This document shows positions 7,959-14,369 of a DNA stretch of 18,701 nt, one piece after another; the stretch's first letter is position 1, and each line of letters starts with the position of its first letter. This stretch comes from a virus (lineage: Duplodnaviria > Heunggongvirae > Uroviricota > Caudoviricetes). Where the stretch lies: positions 1 to 18,701 of IMG/VR virus record IMGVR_UViG_3300021599_001517. One strand, given 5' to 3'. A program made the position numbers and the translations under genes. The notes beneath the pieces are model-generated. The model had not been told where the DNA came from and made no database searches. It saw only the letters and a program-made list of their open reading frames with translations.

Positions 7959-8053
7959 CACCTACCTTAGGACGTTATCGTTACTTTAGGTGTGCCCGGC
8001 TGCTGGGCAGAACGTTATGGGAGTCGTGCCCCGGAATGGCGTTCTAAGTGAGC
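7959..8053 (+). ncRNA. Candidate structured RNA element (unassigned)
   Basis: GC-rich non-coding gap between convergent genes with several stems: 7959-7964/7987-7992, 7993-7999/8003-8009, 8009-8018/8036-8045, and an alternative 7966-7978/8036-8048. Strand is inferred from G-U pairs forming on +. Confidence 0.45.
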
Positions 8054-8059
8054 ACTAAT

Positions 8060-8644
8060 TCAACTAACTATCTTTTGATAGATTTCTTTCCAGTTCTTGA
8101 CTCGTGGTATCGCTGAATCTTCGTAATCCATATTGTGTCCGTGTTCCATCAGTAGACTTTTAAGACCTAGGCTATTGCCAACTTGACAGTTAACAATTTT
8201 ATCTTCAATCCACCACAGTCCGCTATCACGATAAGGTTCTAAGGCTTCATCTTTGTCTGCACCTGTGTCTAAGAAAATAAATTTTTCAAATGCTGTTTCT
8301 CCAAACAATTTCTTTAAATTCATTTTACGTAGTTCTTGTGCATTTTCATCTTTACTCAATGATGTAATACAATGAAACACATACCCATGTTCTTCGTGTA
8401 GCCGTTTTACATAATACATAGCATCGCGCAATGGAGGCAGGAATCCCATGTGTGCAGATTCGTTAAAAATCTTTATAAGCTTTTTACCTTGATCCATGTC
8501 AATGCCATAACGGGCACCAATATTGTATTTTAAGTTTCCACCATCAACTTTATTAAAGCCATGCTGTCGCATGTACACATCAAAAGCGTATTCCCAATCT
8601 AGCAGAACACCGTCTGCATCTGTTAATATAATTTTATTTTTCAT
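8060..8644 (-). CDS. HAD-superfamily phosphatase, 5'(3')-deoxyribonucleotidase-like
   Basis: Motif I ILTDADGVLLDW, ITS motif II, WIEDK motif IV. Confidence 0.85.
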   Translation of the reverse strand: MKNKIILTDADGVLLDWEYAFDVYMRQHGFNKVDGGNLKYNIGARYGIDMDQGKKLIKIFNESAHMGFLPPLRDAMYYVKRLHEEHGYVFHCITSLSKDENAQELRKMNLKKLFGETAFEKFIFLDTGADKDEALEPYRDSGLWWIEDKIVNCQVGNSLGLKSLLMEHGHNMDYEDSAIPRVKNWKEIYQKIVS

Positions 8645-8832
8645 ATTGTGATATCTATGTTTTGTCCTAATCGATTATCAAGTTCCCTGGCTCTTTGCAT
8701 ATTTTCTATTTTTAGTTTATCAAGATGTTGTTGATGATCTACTCTATCGTCATACAGAGTTTTATCTCGCATTTTCGTAAGATAACGTGCATATTCTTCG
8801 TAGTAGCGTACTGTAGTGGGATTGATTTTCAT
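8641..8832 (-). CDS. Hypothetical helical protein (63 aa)
   Basis: Start reassigned from 8895 to ATG 8832 (ATGA overlap with the upstream stop); ATGA overlap with the HAD gene. Confidence 0.7.
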   Translation of the reverse strand: MKINPTTVRYYEEYARYLTKMRDKTLYDDRVDHQQHLDKLKIENMQRARELDNRLGQNIDITI

Positions 8833-9041
8833 TTGTAGAATAATCCTATAACATAGATAATTAATAGACCAATATTGATTACTACTAAATTCCATTCTTT
8901 AATCCGTAAACTCCAAATCAAATATAGAACAGCACCAATGTTAAGCAACCAAATATTTGTAGGATCAATTCTTAAACTGGTACACATGGCCCCTGCTAAT
9001 GTTATAAAACAAGCAGTCCATTTTAGGATAGAGTTTAGCAT
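8829..9041 (-). CDS. Small membrane protein with three predicted TM helices (70 aa)
   Basis: Three hydrophobic segments; directly follows a perfect sigma70 promoter. Confidence 0.8.
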   Translation of the reverse strand: MLNSILKWTACFITLAGAMCTSLRIDPTNIWLLNIGAVLYLIWSLRIKEWNLVVINIGLLIIYVIGLFYK

Positions 9042-9047
9042 ATTGTG

Positions 9048-9076
9048 ATTATATAATCTGTTATTGAGTATGTCAA
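9048..9076 (-). promoter_or_regulatory. Consensus sigma70 promoter TTGACA-N17-TATAAT
   Basis: - strand TTGACA at 9076-9071 and TATAAT at 9053-9048, 17-nt spacer; ATG at 9041. Confidence 0.85.
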
Positions 9077-9078
9077 GC

Positions 9079-9086
9079 TATAAATA
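9079..9086 (+). promoter_or_regulatory. TATAAATA late promoter for the desaturase
   Basis: Exact T4 late consensus, 4 nt before ATG 9091. Confidence 0.65.
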
Positions 9087-9090
9087 CTTG

Positions 9091-9795
9091 ATGGAAATTA
9101 TTATAGCAACGTTAGTGATGACGCACATCACAATAGTGTGCGTTACACTATATCTACACAGAAGCCAGGCGCATAGAGGATTAGAGTTTCATCCTATAGT
9201 CAGTCATTTTATGCGTTTTTGGTTATGGCTCACAACCGGTATGACTACAAAACAATGGGTTGCAATACATCGCAAACACCATCAAATTACAGACGTGGAA
9301 GGCGATCCGCACAGCCCGCATGTATTTGGAATATGGACCTTAATGTTTAGTGGTTGGAGTTTATATAATAACGCCGCCAAAGATCCCGAGTTCGTAGTCA
9401 AGTACGGAATGGGCACTCCTAACGACTGGATTGAACACAAGCTTTATACACCTCACCACAAACTTGGTATTCTCTTAATGCTGATCATAGACTTATTGTT
9501 ATTTGGACCATGGGGATTCTTAGTGTGGGGCGTTCAGATGATATGGATTCCATTCTGGGCCGCTGGTTTTATCAACGGTGTTGGTCATTGGTGGGGATAT
9601 CGTAATGGCGATACAAATGATTACAGTCACAATGTTAGCCCAATAGGTATTCTTATCGGTGGTGAAGAGCTACACAACAATCATCACTTAGATCCAGCAA
9701 ATCCTAAACTAAGTCGTAAGTGGTTTGAATTTGACATTGGGTGGATGTGGTTTAAGATATTTGAGTTTTTGAAATTAGCAAAACTTAGAACATAA
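9091..9795 (+). CDS. Membrane fatty acid desaturase, delta-9 acyl-CoA/acyl-lipid type (234 aa)
   Basis: Three His boxes HRSQAH, HRKHH, HNNHH; hydrophobic helices; FDIGW motif. Start placed at ATG 9091 because the track's 9064 start lies upstream of the promoter motif. Confidence 0.92.
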   Translation: MEIIIATLVMTHITIVCVTLYLHRSQAHRGLEFHPIVSHFMRFWLWLTTGMTTKQWVAIHRKHHQITDVEGDPHSPHVFGIWTLMFSGWSLYNNAAKDPEFVVKYGMGTPNDWIEHKLYTPHHKLGILLMLIIDLLLFGPWGFLVWGVQMIWIPFWAAGFINGVGHWWGYRNGDTNDYSHNVSPIGILIGGEELHNNHHLDPANPKLSRKWFEFDIGWMWFKIFEFLKLAKLRT

Positions 9796-9827
9796 AGAAA
9801 AAGCACCCGAAGGTGCTTTTCTTTTTT
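9794..9827. terminator. Bidirectional intrinsic terminator
   Basis: AAAAGCACC-CGAA-GGTGCTTTT stem with A-tract before and T-tract after, between convergent genes. Confidence 0.85.
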
Positions 9828-9853
9828 CTAGTATATTACTCTACGAGCGTATA

Positions 9854-10123
9854 TTATTTCTTCACGCCGCTATTAACAAATGCGTACATTTTTTCGGCGG
9901 TTTCAAGTACTTTATCTAGACCTGGAAACTCTGGCATGCCAACCTTAGTAAGAACTTGTCCAGTTTTCTCATCACGAGAAACTGACATTTCCCAACCGCG
10001 AAACTTTGAATGAAAGTCTTCGCTAACTAAGCTCTTAGCCATGTCTAGGATGTCTGTACGGATTTCATATCCGTTTTTATTAAATTTAACTTCTGGTAGT
10101 CTAGGGGTATCAAAATTTGACAT
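9854..10123 (-). CDS. Hypothetical protein (89 aa)
   Basis: Strong AAGGAG RBS upstream; ends before the terminator. Confidence 0.85.
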   Translation of the reverse strand: MSNFDTPRLPEVKFNKNGYEIRTDILDMAKSLVSEDFHSKFRGWEMSVSRDEKTGQVLTKVGMPEFPGLDKVLETAEKMYAFVNSGVKK

Positions 10124-10212
10124 AATTTTCTCCTTTGTGTGTATGTCCGTACTATCAAGCTACTTCTGTTTCGCTGACAGTTTAGTATATATGCCTAAAA
10201 TAAAAAAAACAA

Positions 10213-10788
10213 TTATTTTATGACGCTATCTATCCGTTTGCGAATTATTTCTATTACTGGTTCTGCCAATACCACTTCATAGTGATTGTAGCCAACCTCT
10301 ACTAGTTCCATATCCTCGTGGTGCTTCTGACTATGTATACTGACTACTCCGTCGTTAGGAACTAAGATAAAAGGACTGCGACCCGTAGTAGTAACTATGT
10401 TAGTCCAAGGATGCTGTATCTTAATTTTAGCAGCTTCACGCATAGCCCAACTGCTAGGCCCTATGTCACGCATAAGTCTGCTAAATGGCAAGAAGTATTG
10501 AGCATAGTCTGCTACTTCTGCACCGCCATAAGGTGTGCTTAGAGTTACTGCTCCTAGAACATGTGCGGGCAAATGATGACTAAGGTGTAAGGCATAAATC
10601 CCTCCTAGACTATGAGCAATAAAAAAGCACTGTTTTGAAGCCATTAAACTGATCTTCATAGAGGCTAAGTTATGCTCAAACCCATCGCGGCTGTCGTAGT
10701 TTAGATCTAGCCCTGCACCTAATTGGCTTCTAATATGATTAAAGCTTTCACTAGTGGCATTGGCCCCGTGTATATAAACCAATTGCAT
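10213..10788 (-). CDS. Alpha/beta hydrolase (lipase/esterase-like)
   Basis: YIHG oxyanion motif, AHSLGG nucleophile elbow, NDGVV acid, NHYEVV His: complete catalytic triad. Confidence 0.88.
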   Translation of the reverse strand: MQLVYIHGANATSESFNHIRSQLGAGLDLNYDSRDGFEHNLASMKISLMASKQCFFIAHSLGGIYALHLSHHLPAHVLGAVTLSTPYGGAEVADYAQYFLPFSRLMRDIGPSSWAMREAAKIKIQHPWTNIVTTTGRSPFILVPNDGVVSIHSQKHHEDMELVEVGYNHYEVVLAEPVIEIIRKRIDSVIK

Positions 10789-10792
10789 GGAT

Positions 10793-10798
10793 TATTTA
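10793..10798 (-). promoter_or_regulatory. TAAATA late-promoter-like motif
   Basis: - strand TAAATA 4 nt upstream of the hydrolase ATG at 10788. Confidence 0.5.
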
Positions 10799-10802
10799 CT
10801 GG

Positions 10803-10922
10803 TTATTTGGCCATTATACGTTTAGCTCCGTCGTAGTCGCCTCTACGAGCAAGATAAGTGGCGGCACGAGCTTTGCCAAAAGATTCAAATACTGACCAAA
10901 TATAGTTAAGAACTGTTTTCAT
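10803..10922 (-). CDS. Small amphipathic peptide (39 aa), not in the ORF track
   Basis: Manual translation MKTVLNYIWSVFESFGKARAATYLARRGDYDGAKRIMAK; ATGA overlap with the upstream gene; fills the gap. Confidence 0.7.
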   Translation of the reverse strand: MKTVLNYIWSVFESFGKARAATYLARRGDYDGAKRIMAK

Positions 10923-11095
10923 AGATAATTTTCCTTATGGGAGTTAAATTGCTGGATATAATTTTCCAACTGTGCAGCATCGGTAATGCCTTTGGTGCTT
11001 AGATATTCTTCTAAGCGATTTTGATAGCTAGATCCCGGAAACATTTCTGATAACCGTTCTAAAATTCTTAGCATTCTGTTTGATATGTGTTTCAT
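10919..11095 (-). CDS. Small hypothetical protein (58 aa), weakly DUF3563-like
   Basis: Start reassigned to ATG 11095 with GAGG RBS (11101-11104); the DUF3563 resemblance (...LEEYLS....AAQLE) is by eye only. Confidence 0.7.
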   Translation of the reverse strand: MKHISNRMLRILERLSEMFPGSSYQNRLEEYLSTKGITDAAQLENYIQQFNSHKENYL

Positions 11096-11141
11096 ATTGT
11101 CCTCTGTAAGTGTGTGTAGATTCTTATGGTTTCTACTGATA

Positions 11142-11147
11142 TATTTA
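11142..11147 (-). promoter_or_regulatory. TAAATA late-promoter-like motif
   Basis: - strand TAAATA about 47 nt upstream of ATG 11095. Confidence 0.5.
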
Positions 11148-11170
11148 TGTTGCACCCGCACATACAAAAT

Positions 11171-11199
11171 TTTACTATACTAAATTTTTTTGTTACAAT
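11171..11199 (+). promoter_or_regulatory. Possible sigma70 promoter TTTACT-N17-TACAAT with extended -10 TG
   Basis: TTTACT 11171-11176, TGnTACAAT 11191-11199; a TAAATA also lies at 11214-11219. Confidence 0.4.
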
Positions 11200-11241
11200 A
11201 CAATTAAATTGGTTAAATACTTGAACAGGCTAAATTATTCT

Positions 11242-11511
11242 ATGAAACTAAAAACACGATCAATATTACAAGAGCTGAATTCAATAGCTGAAGTGCGCCA
11301 CACTGATGCTGTTGTAGAAAGTCGTGCCGTTAACGTTATTAATTCGGCCATTAACCTAATTGAATCAATTAAAAATAATTACAGTGCTGAGGAAGCCGAT
11401 GAATTAGAGCGTAGATTGATCAATGCTATCAAAGGGCAGGATACCTCCAAATTTTCCAGAGGTATTCGTAAAATTGCTGAAGATCGCAAAATTAACAAAA
11501 AACCCCTCTAA
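11242..11511 (+). CDS. Hypothetical helical protein (89 aa)
   Basis: Start reassigned from 11209 to ATG 11242, downstream of TAAATA 11214-11219. Confidence 0.75.
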   Translation: MKLKTRSILQELNSIAEVRHTDAVVESRAVNVINSAINLIESIKNNYSAEEADELERRLINAIKGQDTSKFSRGIRKIAEDRKINKKPL

Positions 11512-11535
11512 AACCATAATTTTTTCCAATCAAAA

Positions 11536-11580
11536 TAAATACTATGCCAGCCTCTGAGCGAGGCTTTGATTATGAGGAGA
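11536..11580 (+). promoter_or_regulatory. Late promoter, 5' leader hairpin and strong RBS
   Basis: TAAATA 11536-11541; GCCTC-TGAGC-GAGGC hairpin 11550-11564; GAGGAG RBS ending at 11579. Confidence 0.6.
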
Positions 11581-11587
11581 AAATATC

Positions 11588-11950
11588 ATGGCAGATCTAT
11601 TAAACGAAACAGTTGCAGCCAATTATGGCAAGCATGTAATCAACCAAGCTGACGTAGGTCGTGAGCTTATTGTTAAAGTTGCTTTAACTAACATGACAAA
11701 CGCAAACGTTACAGCTATCCGTAACGCAATCACTCTACCAGGTGGTTCAGGCGGTACATTACCAGCCGACACCGGTGATGCATTTACTGTAGCAGCTATT
11801 GGTACAGCAGATGGTTCAGCTTTTGTAAGCGGAACAACTGACGTTATCTATATGCGTGTTCAAGGTACAGGTACATTCAGTACTGTTGATGCAGCAGGTG
11901 CAACTGGTGCTACTGTAACTGTTGAAGCAATCTTTACACCAGCACTATAA
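11588..11950 (+). CDS. Small Ala/Gly/Thr-rich protein, probable abundant virion protein (e.g. head decoration)
   Basis: Monocistronic with strong RBS and own terminator; codon use skewed to GCT/GCA, GGT, CGT, AAC. Role is inference. Confidence 0.8.
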   Translation: MADLLNETVAANYGKHVINQADVGRELIVKVALTNMTNANVTAIRNAITLPGGSGGTLPADTGDAFTVAAIGTADGSAFVSGTTDVIYMRVQGTGTFSTVDAAGATGATVTVEAIFTPAL

Positions 11951-11972
11951 TTTCCACTCGGGATGGGAAGGA

Positions 11973-12001
11973 AGAGAGCGGATTTATTCCGCTCTTTTTT
12001 T
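11973..12001 (+). terminator. Intrinsic terminator
   Basis: AGAGCGGA-TTTAT-TCCGCTCT stem followed by a T-tract. Confidence 0.85.
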
Positions 12002-12008
12002 ATCTGCG

Positions 12009-12014
12009 TAAATA
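12009..12014 (+). promoter_or_regulatory. TAAATA late-promoter-like motif
   Basis: 10 nt before ATG 12025, just after the terminator. Confidence 0.55.
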
Positions 12015-12024
12015 GTAGCACATT

Positions 12025-12417
12025 ATGGCAAGATACACCATCATCACACTAGTAGACATTACTAGAACACAACCAACAAGATCTGAAACAGACAAAATTA
12101 AATTAGGCCAACAATCTAATTTTAACAGTCTACTTCAGGCCATTGGTTTACGATCAAATGTCAGTTGGGATACTGATCCAAAAATGCATACTGGTTCAAT
12201 ACCTACAACAGACGGTAAAGCCAATCACTGGATTTGGGAGTTTGATACAGAACGCGATGACAGTTTTTTAAAAGATAAGGATCCAGTGGGATTATTGGTA
12301 GATGATTTACACGGTGTTCCTATAATAACTAATCTTAATGAAAATACAGATATTCATCCTGCTGCTTTTGTATCTAAAGGTGACAATACCAATACATGGA
12401 TAAAATCCAATCATTGA
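12025..12417 (+). CDS. Hypothetical protein (130 aa)
   Basis: ORF after TAAATA; no recognised family. Confidence 0.8.
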   Translation: MARYTIITLVDITRTQPTRSETDKIKLGQQSNFNSLLQAIGLRSNVSWDTDPKMHTGSIPTTDGKANHWIWEFDTERDDSFLKDKDPVGLLVDDLHGVPIITNLNENTDIHPAAFVSKGDNTNTWIKSNH

Positions 12418-12496
12418 TAAATATTCAGTAAAGGCACATTTATCTAGGCAATTTCACAAGGCACATATCCGAAAGGAACTTGACCAACAACAGGAG
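12418..12496 (+). promoter_or_regulatory. Late promoter with long leader carrying three AGGCA repeats and an AGGAG RBS
   Basis: TAAATA 12418-12423; AGGCA at 12432, 12446 and 12459; AGGAG 12492-12496. Confidence 0.5.
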
Positions 12497-12507
12497 ATTA
12501 GCCTAAA

Positions 12508-12897
12508 ATGGCGCGAGTAGCAATGTTACAGCCAGTCGCGGAGCGTGTCAGCGTACTGGAAACAAAAGTTGAGAATATCGACGAAAAAATTGACGATCTT
12601 AAAGTAGATGTCAGAGACATGCACGATTGTCTAGATCGTACCAGAGATTTATTAGATGCTAAATTAGACGAAATGTTAACCGAATACAAAGCTAACAGAG
12701 ATAAATTTTATGAACATGCTGATCGTTTACATTTAGAAGACGCTGCGGCACATGCAACTTTAGCAGCTAAGATTGAATCACTAGAAAAACAGAAACATAA
12801 ATTTGTAATGTACGCTATGGTTGGATTGGCGTTTGCAGCAGGAGCAGGGTGGATTAATCAATTAGATCTTAATTCAATTGTCAAATTCTTTTTATAA
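12508..12897 (+). CDS. Coiled-coil protein with C-terminal transmembrane helix (holin/XhlA-like architecture)
   Basis: Heptad-rich N-terminal ~95 aa followed by FVMYAMVGLAFAAGAGWI; the holin role is inference. Confidence 0.7.
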   Translation: MARVAMLQPVAERVSVLETKVENIDEKIDDLKVDVRDMHDCLDRTRDLLDAKLDEMLTEYKANRDKFYEHADRLHLEDAAAHATLAAKIESLEKQKHKFVMYAMVGLAFAAGAGWINQLDLNSIVKFFL

Positions 12898-12917
12898 CAA
12901 TCAAACATAGTTTAAAT

Positions 12918-12942
12918 AAAAGGGCCCAGTGGGCCCTTTTTT
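12918..12942 (+). terminator. Intrinsic terminator overlapping a TAAATA promoter
   Basis: AAAAGGGCCC-AGT-GGGCCCTTTT plus T-tract; TAAATA at 12913-12918; ATG at 12943. Confidence 0.75.
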
Positions 12943-13383
12943 ATGTCTAACTTAAATTCAAAACTACAACAGGTAGTTGAACGCACTCATCGAAAGTTAT
13001 ATGAACAGGACCGAATTATGCCTGTTAAAACCAGCGAAGGTATACTGGTTGGTAACGTTCTTATAGCGTCTGTTGGACATGTAAAAAATCTTTATCAAGA
13101 TAATATTTTGATCTATAAAGAAATAAGTTTAAATGTTGTGGCTATTAAAATTGCTAACATTTTAACAAAAAGTGGAACTACAGCCAGGGCTGAAGCACTG
13201 TATCGAGCTGATCAAGAGTACGGGCGATGGCTTCAAGAAAGCCAATTTTTAAGGCATAAGTATCAAATAGCTCGCAAAAATGGTAACAACGACCGTGCTG
13301 ATATATATCTAGCCAGGTACTGCACAGCTAGAGACAAGGCAAAAAACGCACATTCACACGTACTTGCTTTGGCTGCGTTCTGA
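12943..13383 (+). CDS. Hypothetical basic protein (146 aa)
   Basis: ORF; no recognised family. Confidence 0.8.
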   Translation: MSNLNSKLQQVVERTHRKLYEQDRIMPVKTSEGILVGNVLIASVGHVKNLYQDNILIYKEISLNVVAIKIANILTKSGTTARAEALYRADQEYGRWLQESQFLRHKYQIARKNGNNDRADIYLARYCTARDKAKNAHSHVLALAAF

Positions 13384-13384
13384 A

Positions 13385-13390
13385 TAAATA
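13385..13390 (+). promoter_or_regulatory. TAAATA late-promoter-like motif
   Basis: 24 nt before ATG 13415. Confidence 0.55.
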
Positions 13391-13414
13391 TACGATAATT
13401 CTGGATTTTAACTT

Positions 13415-14368
13415 ATGAAAACACTTGATATTTTTACTAGGCCGTCTGTAAAAAAACTAAACGAAAGCTTTGAAAAAACTTACGGCAAAAAGCTCAATCT
13501 TGAAACTTTTACATTGCCGCAGTTAGAGGACGCTAGAAACAGATTAAGAACAAAAGTTCATCAAATGCGCAATGACAGCACATTTAATGAAACTGTTGAA
13601 AACGAAGATCACCAAAAAACACAGTGGATGCTTGATATCATTAATCAAGAAATTGCTGAAAGATTAGAAGAAGTAGTTGAAGAAGATCAAGATCTAGCAT
13701 CTATGTTTCAAGGTATCGAGACTGAAACAGCAGAAGTTGAATTAAATGATTACGAAACAGATGAAGTCACAGAAATAAGCGGAAGCGATGATGACGAGTC
13801 ATTTGGTATATACGACGGCTACGATTTTAGCCAACAGGAACAATTTGGAGAAAGTATGAACACTCAAGTAAATGAAAACGAACTAAACAAAGCTTCTGCT
13901 GTAGTTTCAGCCAAAGGTATGGTTGACAAGGTTAGCAGATGGATTGAAGAATTAGCAGGTATTGAAAACGACACATTATTATCTTTAGGTGATAGTATTC
14001 GTGACGAAATGGGACAAGAACAAGCCAAGGCATTTTTAAGCTCAGTTGCTCCTGCAATTCAATCTGCATTAGATACACTAAAGCAGGCTAGAGAAACAAT
14101 GAGTACTGGTGTAAGAACCTTAACAGGTGAAGTACAGCCGGCAGAAATGCTAGGCGGTGGTGAAGCTGAAAATGAAGCTCCTCCAGGATTTGAAGAGCCG
14201 GGTGTAGAACCAGCTGATCCTGACGCTATGAACTCTGATGAATTAGAAGCACCAGAAGATGATTTTGCCGCAGCAGAACCAGCAGCAGGTGGTGCAGAAA
14301 CCGCAGGACGTGAACAGCGCGAAAGTATTAACTTTCAAAGTCGTCTATTAAAAGCATTGGCAGGCTAG
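13415..14368 (+). CDS. Highly acidic helical protein, prohead core/scaffold-like (317 aa)
   Basis: Very Glu/Asp-rich, coiled-coil segments, many L/F/V-x-E sites (LNES, FNET, LEE, VNEN). Scaffold role inferred by analogy to T4 core proteins. Confidence 0.65.
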   Translation: MKTLDIFTRPSVKKLNESFEKTYGKKLNLETFTLPQLEDARNRLRTKVHQMRNDSTFNETVENEDHQKTQWMLDIINQEIAERLEEVVEEDQDLASMFQGIETETAEVELNDYETDEVTEISGSDDDESFGIYDGYDFSQQEQFGESMNTQVNENELNKASAVVSAKGMVDKVSRWIEELAGIENDTLLSLGDSIRDEMGQEQAKAFLSSVAPAIQSALDTLKQARETMSTGVRTLTGEVQPAEMLGGGEAENEAPPGFEEPGVEPADPDAMNSDELEAPEDDFAAAEPAAGGAETAGREQRESINFQSRLLKALAG

Positions 14369-14369
14369 C

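Noticed and set aside
7959-8053. Assignment of the structured element as a tRNA, intrinsic terminator or HDV-like/pistol/twister ribozyme
   Set aside because: No cloverleaf or T-loop, no U-tract on either strand. The 3' CTAAG resembles the antigenomic HDV J4/2, but no matching P1/P3/L3 arrangement could be built.
9813-10223. ORFs 9813..10013 and 10041..10223 (+)
   Set aside because: Antisense to an SD-bearing 89-aa gene; the first starts inside the terminator.
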